From: Phoronis australis
Lineage: Eukaryota > Animalia > Phoronida
Assembly (NCBI GenBank): GCA_002633005.1
Contig: NMRA01000838.1
Span: forward strand, 1-64,000
DNA length: 64,000 bases
Direction: 5' to 3'
A program made the translations under genes and the position numbers. Every line of letters begins with the position of its first letter. Position 1 is the stretch's first letter. Shown piece by piece: positions 39,501 through 51,375 of the stretch. Under the pieces are notes generated by a model that saw nothing but the letters and a program-made list of their open reading frames with translations, had not been told where the DNA came from and ran no database searches.

Positions 39501-42500
39501 ATGATAACCGTGAATTTCTTAGATCATTACCGATGTTCAGAGTTACAACAAACACAGTTCACTCTGTGGCAGAACGGCTCTATTCCATTAACGAAATTGG
39601 AACAATGTCACCCGTTGAACAATTTTCGTTTAAATTACCTAAGCCTCTGATCGTGCCAGAAGACAAATTCACGGAGCGTTTGTGCTGCGTGCTTAAAATT
39701 CAATCACTTTCTCTGAGAGACCTTTTGGTTGACATGATATTTCCAAACATTTCGTTGTACCCTCACACAGAAATGGACCAACTCCTGGCCTATGTCATTA
39801 GAAACCACACGGCGCTAATTAACAGAGATACTGCCCTGCAGAATTGTATAAATGGAGGTGATCATTTTCTTTGCAATAGTGGCGTGGCTGCAAAGCTTAA
39901 AAGTCTCTACGATCCGTCAAGTCAGAAACTTCAGCGTCTTTTCTGTGGTCAAAAAGTCTTTCTTTCGGGTGCTTGTGCATCAGCTGATATTCTTCCTCTA
40001 CTACGCGAACTTGGCTTGAAAACTTTGAAGGATGTGATGCCCCAGGACATTCTGCAAGCCGCTCAGCTTGTTGCTAGCTTACCCTATGACAAAGGCGTTG
40101 AAAAGGCGAATGAAATTCGAAAATTTCTTTCCACCCAGGTAACGACACAGATTGTTGCAAACCCCTTGCATCGGAATTTAGAAAATATCCATTGGATTCC
40201 TGTAAAAAAGCGCCCTGTTAAATATCCGACCTCTTTAGCATGGTTTGGTGAAAACAGCAGTTTTCAGACGCCATCTCTGCTGTGTGATGTATCGACCAGC
40301 AGCCTGGTGGGATCTGTAAGGGAAGTTGCAGACATGAAGTTGGTGGATGGAATGCGTTATGCCGACATAACAACTGAAGAGGTCGTTGCTAACCTTTCCA
40401 ATGTGGTTGATGCAGCAGAAAGAAGTAGCCCAGACGAGTGTTCACTCTTCCTTCCCATCGTGGAAGCCATCAACCTGTTTTTACAAAACCAGCTAAAAAA
40501 TGAGTCTAATCAAGTGAGCAAATTCCGAATGATCTTTGAAGGAAAGAAATGCATTTTCATTGCCGGCGTTAACAAGTTTGTGACACCTCGTGAAATTTCA
40601 TTTCTAGATGATTTATCTCCGCTTCGATACATGGTGCCAAGTGAAATGAAGCTACACTTTCGCCAACTTTTAGAAGCAATGGGTGTTGCACAGAAATTTG
40701 ATGTTGAAGAATACTGTAATGTTCTGTCTGAAATCAAATCAAATAGCAACAATCAGCCTCTGAGCGAAGACATGCTTAATCTGTCGAGAACAGTTGCAAA
40801 CTGCATTGCAAATTCCGTAAAAGGTAAAGAGTTTAATAGGGACGTCTACTTACCAGATGAAGCTAACAAAACTATGCAGTTGTCGTCCACTCTTTGTTTT
40901 AATGATTGCCCTTGGATACCAGACTCTGATATGCCATTTGTAGACGTTAACATACCGTACCCTGTAGCACAAGTGTTAGGAGTGAAGACGAAGCGTAGGA
41001 AAACAATAGAAGGATCATCGTTTGAAATTGCATTTGGCCAAAAAGAAAGTCTTATAAATAGAATTAAACGCATTCTTGATGGATATCCTGGCCCTATTGA
41101 TATATTGAAGGAAATGCTACAAAACGCTGATGATGCACAGGCAACTGAGGTCCACTTTTGTCTCGACAGTCGCTATCATCCAACTGATCGAATCTTTGAA
41201 GACAGTTGGAAGCCTTTACAAGGCCCCGCGCTTTGTGTTTACAACAACAAACCTTTCACTAAGGAAGACGTGGAGGGTATTCAAAATCTAGGGGAAGGTA
41301 ATAAAGGGACTGATCCCACGAGGACAGGGCAGTTTGGGGTTGGCTTCTGTGCTGTGTACCATCTAACAGACACTCCGTCCTTTCTCACAAAAGTTACGGG
41401 AGAAGGCGAGAGGCTGTATGTGTTTGACCCGCATTGTGCTTATGTTCCTAATGCAACTCCACTCGCACCAGGAAAAGGTTTCAAAGACTTAAACGAGCTT
41501 AGGAAAACATTCCCGCATGTTTTTGAGTGCTACGACAGTATCGTCACAGAAGACCATATGGTTGATGGTACACTATTCAGATTTCCCTTGAGAAGCCACA
41601 AAATGGCAAAGAAATCCGAAATCAAGAAAACTTGCACAACTGTTGGAGACGTTCGCACAATGATGCTTGCATTTAAAGAAGAAGCCAAGTCGTGTCTGCT
41701 ATTCCTTAACAATGTTAAAAAGGTTTCTTTGTACGAAATTGAAGATGACATATCTCAAATGGACACTTTCACGGTGACGGCTGATCATTGCAAGCCACAC
41801 GACGTAGAGGAGCTGAATAGGTTCAAATCATACCTGAATTCAGTTTCTCGTACAGGATTGCGTTTACTTCTTCGGTCGCAGGAAGTAGCATATGAGACGA
41901 CGATCACGGATTCTGAGGGCAGTAGTAAGAGTTGGCTCATAGTTCAAAAGTGCGGGTTTGAAACAAGTGATTACATATCTGAGCGTATTCGCCGTGCTGT
42001 TTCTGCAAATGAATTGCCACTTCTGCCGCGTGGCGGTGTTGCTTGCGAATTAATGGACCATGAAGCTTTGAAACCATGCAGCATATTCTGTTTTCTCCCA
42101 TTGCCTCAAACAACACATTTACCTGTCCATATTAATGGCCACTTTGCATTAGACCATGAAGCAAGGCGACGTGTTTGGGAATCTGCAGACGAAGACGTGA
42201 AGACAGAATGGAACAGATTGATAAAACGTCTTGTCATTGCTCGTGCCTATGTGCGGCTGGTGGAGGAATTCAAAAAGCGAGTAGTTTGTTCTACAGATTA
42301 TGGTACTACCACATTGACTCAATTACGAAAATATCTAAATTTGTTTCCTAAAACTAGAGACACCTCTGAAATAACTACATCCATTGTCCGAGAGTTTTAC
42401 AGAATCCTCGGTGACAAAGAACTTGATGCTTTACCGGTAGTCTTACGTAATCCCAACATCCGTGACAGTTGCTCTGTGACTTGGCTACCAGCACGTGACA

Positions 42501-45500
42501 AGGGAGTGAACGGAGCCATGTTCAATAACCTACGAATATCTGCATTTCCTTTGACATTGTCAGGAGAAGCAGAAAATCTTTCTCCCAAACTCGCCTCCTT
42601 GTTACTTAGGTGTGGTGTGAACCTCTTATGGGAGCAATGCTCGACGCTCGCAGATGAATTTGAAGCAAGCAAAGTGAAGATACTTAAGTCGACACCTGAA
42701 AGTATTATCGACTTCTTTAAGAATCTTAGTGTGGACACTGAAACCTTACTAACAGTAGACGAAGTCATTGAAATTCTCCTGTACTGTAAACAAATTGGAC
42801 AAAGTTTTGTCAACCGTCTAGAAGGCACACAGCTTCTTGTAGTTGAATCAGGAGACATGCAAGTCTTCTCCAAAGTCGTTCCGAGATACTTGTCATTGAA
42901 CACGTTTTTGGTAACGGAGGATTACCTTGACAAATTTGTTCACAATGAACTGATAAGACGCGTGTTTTCTCCACCTTCCCAGTTTCTTCGATCACCGATG
43001 TTCAAAGACGTTTCTCTTCATTGCTTATCACAAATGATGCCCAGCGAGTTAAAAGGTAAACCTGAGATACAGTCGGTTGAGAAATGGTGGCAATTGATGA
43101 CCCGATTTTGGACTTTCGTCGGCGTGAAAGAAAAGAATGATCCCTATATGTCCCTCAGTCCTGTAGCGGATTTCTGTCTCATACCAGCATATCGCAAGAC
43201 AAATGATCGCATCCTTGTCCAAATTAAAAGAGCAAAAACTGTAGTACTTCGTGACCCTAACATATCTTTTTCACACTTTGGAGTCCAATATTGTTTGGAA
43301 TCATTGGACGTGCCTTTTCTGATCACTGACGCCAAATTTNACGTGAAGACAGAATGGAACAGATTGCTGACACGTCTTGTCATTGCTCATGCCTATGTGC
43401 GGCTGGTGGAGGAATTCAAAAAGCGAGTAGTTTGTTCTACAGATTATGGTACTACCACTTTGACTCAATTACGAAAATATCTAAATTTGTTTCCTAAAAC
43501 TAGAGACACCTCTGAAATAACTACATCCATTGTCCGAGAGTTTTACAGAATCCTCGGTGACAAAGAACTTGATGCTTTACCGGTAGTCTTACGTAATCCC
43601 AACATCAGTGACAGTTGCTCTGTGACTTGGCTACCAGCACGTGACAAGGGAGTAAACGGAGCCATGTTTTATAGCCTACCAATATCTACATTTTCTTTGC
43701 AATTGTCAGGAGAAGCAGAAAATCTTTCTCGCAAACTCGCCTCTTTGTTCCTTAAGTGTGGTGTGAACCTCTTATGGGAGCAATGTTCGACGCTCGCAGA
43801 TGAATTTAAAGCAAGCAACGTGAAGATACTTAAGCTGGCACCTGAAACTATTATCGACTTCTTTAAGAATCTTAGTGTGGACACGGAAACCTTACTAACA
43901 GTAGACGAAGTCATTGAAATTCTCCTGTACTGTAAACAAATTGGACAAAGTTTTGTCAACCATCTAGAAGGCACACAGCTTCTTGTAGTTGAATCAGGAG
44001 ACATGCAAGTCTTCTCCAAAGACGATCCGAGATACTTGTCATTGAACACGTTTTTGGTAACGGAGGATTACCTTGACAAATTTGTTCACAATGAACTGAT
44101 AAGACGCGTGTTTTCTCCACCTTCCCAGTTTCTTCGATCACCGATGTTCAAAGACGTTTCTCTTTATTGCTTATCACAAATGATGCCCAGGGAGTTAAAA
44201 GGTAAATCTGAGATACAGTCGGTTGAGAAATGGTGGCAATTGATGACCCGATTTTGGACTTTCGTCGGCGTGAAAGAAAGGAATGATCCCCATATGTCCC
44301 TCAGTCCTGTAGCGGATTTCTGTCTCATACCAGCATATCGCAAGACAAATGATCGCATCCTTATCCAAATTAAAAGAGCAAAAACTGTAGTACTTCGTGA
44401 CCCTAACAAATCTTTTTCACACTTTGGAGTCCAATATTGTTTGGAATCATTGGACGTGCCTTTTCTGATCACTGACGCCAAATTTTCTTGCAATGTTCTT
44501 TGGTCAGCTGTAAGCAGTATAGACAAGCCGTTAGATATATTGCAGGTTGCTGAACAATTGCGGAAGAGTAATGCCATCCAACGTAAACTCACAAGAGATC
44601 AGAGAACACGTTTCCTACAACATCTTTGCTCCATTAAGGAGCATTTGGACAAGGACAGAATAAGACGCCTGCCACTATTCTGTACTAAAGGTGGATCAGT
44701 TGTGAGTATTGCGAATAAAAGAGCTGTGGTTCTTGGATCCGACATACCATCCATAGATGCTCACTTGTGGGAAAATAACGCCAGTGTTGTCTTTCTGGAC
44801 AGTACATTAAGTCAATCAGTTATAAAGTATCTTGGAATTGAGACGATGGATGGCTCTGATCTGTATGTCAACTACATTCTACCACACTTTGGTAACATGT
44901 CGGGGAATGGAACACTTGAACATCTAATTTTCATTAAAGATGTCATCAGCAGAAACTTGAGGAGAGATTATGAGAAGCGTGAATACTTTTTATCACAGTT
45001 GAGAAATGTGCGTTTCATTAAGAGTAAAGACGGGGTACTGTGTAAAGCTAGCAATTTCTTTGACTGGGAACGAGACATTTTTACAGAGATGTTGCAGAAA
45101 CACTATTTCCCGCCAGAACCGTTCAAAAGCAACGAGTGGCATTCGTTTTTGGTGGATCTTGGACTGCAACAAAATGTTTCAAGTGATCAGTTTGTTAAGT
45201 TTGCAAAGGAAATTGCAATGCTTGACAGCAAACTTCAACATAAAACCAAGCTTAGAAAGTCAAAATTGTTGACCAATTATCTTGCGGAAAATTATCAAAA
45301 ACTTGGACCTGCCATCAGCCGTGTGAAAGACATACGGTTTGTTGCACAAACGGAAATGCCCGCAGGTATACTTAAAATGCAGGCGCGCTATAGTGACGAA
45401 AACTTCGGAAAATTCAATGGAGCTGTTCTTGGTAATATTAATGTTCATTTATGTTGGAGCTCCGCAGTTATCTTAGAGAGTAATCCACGCATAGACGAGA

Positions 45501-46780
45501 GTCTGGCTCTATCTTTGGGAGTATATTTACAGCCACCACCTTCTCTTGTCATCAGGCACTGCTCTAACCTGTGCTCCTCATTCCAGAAGCATAAGCTAAC
45601 TGGTCACCAACAATCCTGGGGTACTGGTTTAATATCACGCGTTATGGAGGAAATCTATAGATTTCTTGAAAATTCTGCCTTAACAGTTTCTGAGCAAGAG
45701 CAGCTTCGAAGTATTGCTTTTGTACTTGTTAGCGATCACAAAACGTTTGTGTTACCGCGGCAAGTGGTGGAAGACATCACGGAAGAGCAGCAGATTATGC
45801 CATATCTTTTTAAACTACCTAGAGACTTAGATAGATATCACCGTTTATTTCTTGAGCTGGGGGCCAGTCGGAGCCTTAATGTGGATCTGATTGGAGAAGT
45901 GCTATACGAAATCAAGAAAGATGCAGGTGGAAACTCTCTTGACTGCGGAAAGGAGAAGAAAGCACACAAAGCTCTCTTGACTTTGTTAAGCTCTACGAGC
46001 ACAGACATCCAAACGGCAAGTTTTAGTAGAGGCCTTTATTTACCAACGCGTGACATGAAGATGGTTCTAGCCAACGAATGTGTTTTCATCGACGACGAGC
46101 GAATTTACGAAGACGTCAAAAACAGCCTCCCCTACCCAGTACTGGCCGTTCCCCAATCAACTAACGTTGACTATAAAAACAAGATAGCCGTCATTAACGA
46201 ACATTTTAGGCCGCTGATGTTATCTGATATCATGCATATGAAAGTGGAAACGGATGGCAAGTTAGTTAGCCAGGACCAGTCGAAGAATGCATTTGTTAAA
46301 AAGATTTATGCTCGACTGACAAGTGGCTTGTTTCATCGTGCAGTCGCTAGACTTATGTATCATGTCAACTTTAAGAAGAGACTGCCAGTCACAGGAGTCC
46401 TGAAAACTATGCAACAGAAATTTAGCACAGTTAAGGTTTTTGAAGCTGAAAAGGTCAGAGCGTTTTATGTCGACGCCGCTAGAGGAAAAAAAGTTTGTGA
46501 AAACAAAAACTGCACAGGTGTATCCTTCGATCGTGGCACAGGATTTCCCTTGAAGGTTTATATCCAGTCAGATGGGCAAAAATCGGAGGTTTATAATTCT
46601 CTGGTAACCGGTATTGCACACTATTCCGGAGTCGATTTTGGTATGCATGTATTACAACTGTTAGAGCTTGTAAAACTTGAAAACTCGCCCCGTGATTTTG
46701 ATTTCCTTCTGGACAAGTACGAGATTCAGCGACTTCCTGCAATGGAAGATTCAGAACGACGTACCAAAACACGACGTTGA
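26500..46780 (+). CDS. SACS: sacsin-like protein, 6 coding exons (26500-26533, 27119-27201, 31263-31379, 36281-36428, 37127-38674, 38967-46780); ~3247 aa as assembled, ~2865 aa if the 1146-bp duplicate is an assembly artefact
   Basis: All five GT-AG introns join in frame (phases 1,0,0,1,1). There are two sacsin-repeat HATPase_c-like modules (ELIQNAEDA...GRFGLGF and EMLQNADDA...GQFGVGF), each followed by FRFPLR and FCFLPLP...LP.H.NG.FA motifs. The symbol is a family-level call; orthology is not established. Confidence 0.9.
27119..27201 (+). CDS. sacsin-like exon 2 (FDIIQPSLIQQMRTILDQYPDDGQILK)
   Basis: TTACAG acceptor and GT donor at 27202; matches the start of sacsin repeat 1; missed by the ORF track. 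Confidence 0.88.
29264..30984. mobile_element. non-autonomous Kolobok-like DNA transposon (1721 bp) in sacsin intron 2
   Basis: TTAA|AGGAGAATGCCACCC ... GGGATGGCATTCTCCT|TTAA: ~15-bp TIR, TTAA target duplication, purine-purine termini. Confidence 0.8.
31263..31379 (+). CDS. sacsin-like exon 3 (ELIQNAEDAKAK...VHFQ)
   Basis: TTTTCTCAG acceptor, GTAAGC donor, 117 nt; carries the GHKL N-box ExxxN. Confidence 0.92.
32415..33750 (-). mobile_element. Gypsy/Ty3 LTR retrotransposon 3' fragment: integrase, PPT and 3' LTR
   Basis: PWVWPSKPWHRVHADF...NDNGPQF...PYHAASNGAAERMV (DDE triad). A premature stop at 33095-33097 is followed in frame by the WKRHVDQ C-terminal module. The polypurine tract AGGAGGAAAGAG (32630-32619) abuts a TGTGATGT...ACGTAACA LTR (32618-32415). 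Confidence 0.9.
33095..33724 (-). pseudogene. retroviral-type integrase core (rve), truncated
   Basis: DDE residues present, no upstream RT/RNase H, in-frame stop before the C-terminal domain. Confidence 0.88.
34712..35089. repeat. 189-bp tandem duplication (2 copies, 1 mismatch seen)
   Basis: GGTTCCTATGGTAAGC...GGCCAACATTT at 34712-34900 and 34901-35089. Confidence 0.95.
35049..35888. mobile_element. non-autonomous TIR element (840 bp) with apparent 5-bp TSD
   Basis: CGATG|CAGTGGCGGATCTAGG ... CCTAAATCTGCCTATG|CGATG; imperfect 16-bp TIR. Confidence 0.65.
36281..36428 (+). CDS. sacsin-like exon 4 (GPALYAFND...KVGRFGLGFKSVFHLT)
   Basis: TATAG acceptor and GT donor at 36429; carries the GHKL G2 box; not in the ORF track in this frame. 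Confidence 0.93.
36559..36690. repeat. (TG)n plus (TCTG)n microsatellite
   Basis: direct inspection. Confidence 0.95.
37127..38674 (+). CDS. sacsin-like exon 5
   Basis: TTTTGTAG acceptor and GTAAGT donor at 38675; GTLFRFPLR, GHVFCFLPLP, TGLPIHVNGFFA motifs. Confidence 0.93.
38967..46780 (+). CDS. sacsin-like giant terminal exon (7.8 kb)
   Basis: TTTTTCAG acceptor in frame with the 2600-aa ORF; second sacsin repeat starts FGQKESLINRIKRILDGYP at ~41030. Confidence 0.93.
42195..44485 (+). repeat. 1146-bp in-frame direct duplication joined by a single N (43340)
   Basis: 42195-43339 vs 43341-44485, ~97% identical by eye. Confidence 0.95.
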
Positions 46781-47105
46781 TTGATGGGTTATGGCACTCA
46801 CAGTCGACGAGACAATGGCCTACGTGTATGCAATCAATGTAGCTAGAATACACAGACTCCAGCGAGAATGGCAGTGATGGTTAACCCTGATATGTTTCCG
46901 AAAAAGTGAGTGTATTTGCATGCTATCGACGGGTATAAATTATGACGTTCCAAAGATTAAAAATCATTACAAAAGTTCCTCAGATGAAGAAGCTGCCATG
47001 CAAATCATCCATTATCGGTTACAGGAGAATCACAAAAAATGACTGATGATCAGATCGACGGATTCGTGACAATTTTTATGCTGTGGTGACCGAATAATAA
47101 CGTTT
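46781..47105 (+). pseudogene. decayed remnant of the sacsin C-terminal / J-domain region
   Basis: fragments in shifting frames with stops: WVMALTVDETMAYVYAINV, VYLHAIDGYKL*R, EEAAMQIIHYRLQENHK, DDQIDGFVTIFMLW*PNNN (compare sacsin RLYLKWHPDKN). Confidence 0.45.
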
Positions 47106-47270
47106 ATAAAGTCTCTCGTTGCTTAGAGACCAGATACAAAATGTCTTCTCAATAGAGAGCGCATCTACGTATGCTTTGTATAGTCACTTCGAATAACAGA
47201 GAACGAGTGATATTGAGGTTCGTATAGTGTTCATCTGACTGGACTGGATGTAATCTGAGCTCTTCAATAG

Positions 47271-47615
47271 CACGGGTGAGAAACAACATGACCGCTGGTC
47301 CTCTAAATCGGACTGACTCACCCAAAACAGGACCTCCGGGGATCAAATGGGACCGTCGCACCAGAAAATGGGACTGACGCACCTGAAAACATGACCGCCC
47401 CACCAGAAAACAGGACCGCAGGGGACTGAACATGACCTCGGGGGATTGAAACCGCATATTGTCCGGCGGTCCTGTTTTCTGGTGGGGCGGTCATGTTTTT
47501 AGGTGCGTCAGTCCCATTTTCTGGTGCGACGGTCCCATTTGATTCCCGGAGGTCCTGTTTTGGGTCAGGCGGTCCGATTTAAGAGGACCGGCGGTCATGT
47601 TGTTTCTCACCCGTG
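47271..47615. mobile_element. foldback MITE (345 bp), CAC...GTG termini, 5-bp TSD (Transib-like)
   Basis: AATAG|CACGGGTGAGAAACAACATGACCGC ... GCGGTCATGTTGTTTCTCACCCGTG|AATAG; ~150-bp inverted arms. Confidence 0.9.
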
Positions 47616-47789
47616 AATAGTACATGGTGTCTTCTCGATTCCTACCTGGTGTCATCTCTGCAAGAGTGGGGTTACTCCAATGAGTCTCCTAAAAGACGTT
47701 GCATGTGTTGCAGTATTAAATGCGTGAGAATTTGGCATAAGTCACCGCCATGTAAAAACATTCATACGCGCATTCACCCGTACATGAGT

Positions 47790-47940
47790 GTAAATTACGC
47801 ACACGCATACACGTCGCATATATGCATGCATGCACAAATACAGACACACAATAATGTACATAATACATACATACAAACATACATACACGCATACATACTT
47901 ACGCACGTACATACACACGTACATTCTTATGTACGTACGC
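47790..47940. repeat. degenerate (CATA)n/(CA)n microsatellite
   Basis: direct inspection. Confidence 0.75.
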
Positions 47941-50088
47941 CTTTGTGTCTGTTTAAGATGATACTTATATTTTTAAGTGCGTGAAACATACTTTGTTTAT
48001 TATAATTTTATAGTTATTATTGACGGATTTCAGGCATGGACTTTCGTACGCAAGAAACCCTATTCTTAGTTGTGGTTCTGTCTGGTGTTGAAGCTATCTC
48101 AGAGGATGACGGCAATTCTAATGAAAGTTTAAAATTTACACTGAAACTTGTTTACCTCTTAAATTCTAAATTTTCCTTAAGAATTGTGGTTTTAGACTTG
48201 CCATGCCTTGTTTTTTTTTTGTTTGTTACTTAATTCATGGTAATCTGTAGTTTAGTCACCGAATTGCGCGGTTTCATACCTTCCAGTGGCCATCAAGAAT
48301 TGCCACTGGTCATGCTCCAAAACCACAGAGGCATGTGCTCGAAGCACAGAATCATAGTCCTGTGAACTACAATGCCAAAGGTATGCATGCGAACTGCACA
48401 GTCAATTACATTCTTTCGTTTGGTTCTTCCAAAAGATAGGATGATTTTGATTTTACGTTTGAACTTTACTTGAACATCAGAATTTGCGGTTTGTCCACTC
48501 CTGGTTTCTCAAATACAGATGATGTGGTTCGCACGTGTGATTCAATGTTTCGAATGGATTATTCAGTGGCTGCGGCGTGCAATTCGAAAATCTTGCGTTG
48601 ATGTATTTGTATTTGTATTATGGTTTTAAGTATTTTTTTCCCTAGTTTTCTAACACCTAAAATCCGGTATTAATGTTCGTCAATGTAGGGGTGGATGGGC
48701 ATGCGCACGATTAATAGGTCGTAGTGTGTAGAGAAGTGCATGACTTCTCGTCAGCTTTGAGATTTGACAAGAGATATTCAACGGCGAGTGAGCGACTAGA
48801 ATTCGGATATACAGAGATGTGTGGTTGAAGAGTTCCCACTACACCAATAACTGTGTGCGACGGAATCGATGAAAACAACATATGACGGCCGTTTTGCATG
48901 CTGCGTGGATACCTTTGAAGTTGCCGTTGCACCCTCGCCATGACTTCTAATACGTTTTCATTTAGGGTAGTTTATTTAGAAATGTTTTGTGCTCGGTGGT
49001 AAACAAGTGTGTCATGCATGATTCGGAAAACTGGTCATTTGGTATTACTTCTAGAAATTGTTTCTCTTCATGACTGTCTTTGATGCCAAGGTTCTCTGTT
49101 ATCAACTGATCAAAAGTGAGTTTTACGCAGCCATCTTAAATTTTTGGCCTGCCTGTTTGTTGCACTGCATTTTACGAGACGTTAATATCATCTGTTTCAG
49201 CGGACATTGAATCTACATTGAATTCTCCAGTTTTAATGTTGTAAGCAAAGTAGCAATAAACCCGAGCTTGTTCCGTCGAAGAAACTAATTCTTGATTTTG
49301 TCAGGTGCTGCCGTAAAGGTGGTCTCAACTTGTACGTTACTAAAGGTGAAAAGTGATTCTAGTTCGTGCAAAAGATTTGGTAATCGGTAGAAACTCAAAA
49401 TCATGCTTTGTGAATAACACAGTAACAAGTCAACTTGAAGAGCTCGGTCTCGAGCGATAACACAATGCCAGTTCTTTCCAAACTAAAAATCTTTTTTGAG
49501 CAAGAAATGTTTTAAGAATAATTTCATAATTGTAAATAGTGTTAATCAAAGGTTGATTTTTGTGACGGAGGGTGGCCGAAATGAGTGTATGACTCCCGTA
49601 TACGTATGACAGTTGTTCCGTTCTACATTGTAGTCAGGAAATTTTTGTGTGGTTGTCTGATTATTAAAATAAGACGTGTTTTTATTCATTGACATGTACC
49701 AAAATGTGTTTTGATTTGCTGTGTTTTTGTGATATATCCTCTGTACTCATTGTCAATTCTATAAAGGAGATATAATGTACGCGCTAACATTCTGACAATT
49801 TTCCTTATATGCTGCTGTACGTGACTGTTTTACATGTGTTTGCAGGGCTATTAAAAGGCTTTGAAAAGCAACTGAATGACTTTGTATATTGTACTCAACA
49901 TTTTCAGGAAAACTTTAATTCTCCTCATCTCCTCACAAAATCCCAACGTTATTCCCATTTCAAGTTTCCTCCGGACAAAAATGACGCCTCCTGGATGATG
50001 TTTAGAAGACTTCGCGAACATTTTTCCTTCGAAAATTGTGGTTGGTTGCGATCATAGACATCTTAATACTATGTTTGCGACACCCTGG

Positions 50089-50327
50089 CAGTAGCGTGCA
50101 GAGGTTTGGTGACTCTGGGCGAACTTTTATTGGATTCCCCTCTTCCCTCTACTCAACTGGACCCTACTACGAAGAAAAATGAAAAAAATAAAACATAAAA
50201 TATCGACTTTATTCAACTTAACTGCAAATCAGTCACAATTTCAAGCAGTTTCGTAGTGATTGGATGGATCCCCCACGATGTGGATGCCCGGGGCCCTCGC
50301 TCCATCCCCCCCTTCTACACGCTACTG
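50089..50327. mobile_element. hAT-type MITE (239 bp)
   Basis: CACCCTGG|CAGTAGCGTGCAGA ... TCTACACGCTACTG|CATCCTGG: 14-bp TIR, 8-bp TSD with one mismatch. Confidence 0.8.
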
Positions 50328-51118
50328 CATCCTGGATCCGTCACTGGGAATTACCTTCGCTGATACGATTGATGCCACCTCAGCCTTAATAAACAATCAT
50401 ACCTGCGGAATGCTTTGATCAAAATAAGAGGGCAACAGATTTCTAAAAAATTGGGGTGTGCATCATTAATCGGACCCTTTGATAGGACGATGATTGACAA
50501 TGAGTTACTTATGTAAAGGAAACTAGCAGATTAAAAAATAATCATATTCTGATGGTAATGATCATACCAAGTTTCACGACCATCCTACAGGACGCATGAA
50601 ACTTTATTTGCGGAGGTTCCACACATTTCTCCAAAAAGACGCAAAGTAGTCGTTGTTTACGACATAGGAATACATTACAAGCAATTTTTTAGAGTTGACC
50701 AGGGTTACAGGTGACGATTTTGTTTTAGAGGGCTTGTCCCTGTCTATTAACAGGCCAAAACCGGGTTTAGTATCCATTTAATAGAGAAAACGTGTTGAGT
50801 TGTGTTTTTGTTAGTAAGGTGTTAAGTCCTACTTTGAGGAGTTAGACCTCATGCATGAATTCTGATCCTCTACTAAGGCCTAAGGATAGGTTTTGAGTTT
50901 TTTAAACATCCCTCTGACTTCAATTTTGCATACGTTTTTGCAACCGTTTTAATAGCTTTTTGAGTAAATGGATGTCTGCAACATTACAAAACACAATTCT
51001 TATATCACATCTAACGGTTTACTTTAAAATTCGACAGAAGCTTTCGAAGGTCTTTGTGTTGACCCTGTCTTCTTCTTCTTCAGTGTGGTGACGCTGTTTG
51101 TAGTTGTTCTTCTTGATC

Positions 51119-51375
51119 TTAAGTTCTCGTACGCGCGAACTTGGGATGCAATAGGAAACCTCACACGACAACGTTCACGTTGAAAAACATTTGCACTGCA
51201 CTAAAGCAAAAATCATATTAATAAGAAAATGTAAGTTTTTGACAAACCTACGTTGTTTTATTTTCAAGTACTGGCGATCTTATTCACCAAACAATAACTT
51301 ATTAACCATTCACATATTTTTCCGATTTTACTTTAATGATTGCTTGATTCCAAGTTCCCGCATACGCGATCTTGA
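51119..51375. mobile_element. old MITE-like element with ~28-bp imperfect TIRs
   Basis: TTAAGTTCTCGTACGCGCGAACTTGGGAT vs reverse complement TCAAGATCGCGTATGCGGGAACTTGGAAT. Confidence 0.5.

Noticed and set aside
42195-44485. Genuine 382-aa internal repeat domain in sacsin
   Set aside because: The join is a single N like the apparent haplotype overlap at 6931, and frame preservation has a 1-in-3 chance; treated as a probable assembly overlap pending long reads
48518-50057. Possible downstream HEPN exons (QWLRRA near 48570; KSQRYSHFKFPP near 49950)
   Set aside because: Only 3-4 residue resemblance, no convincing HEPN motif or donor linking them to the CDS
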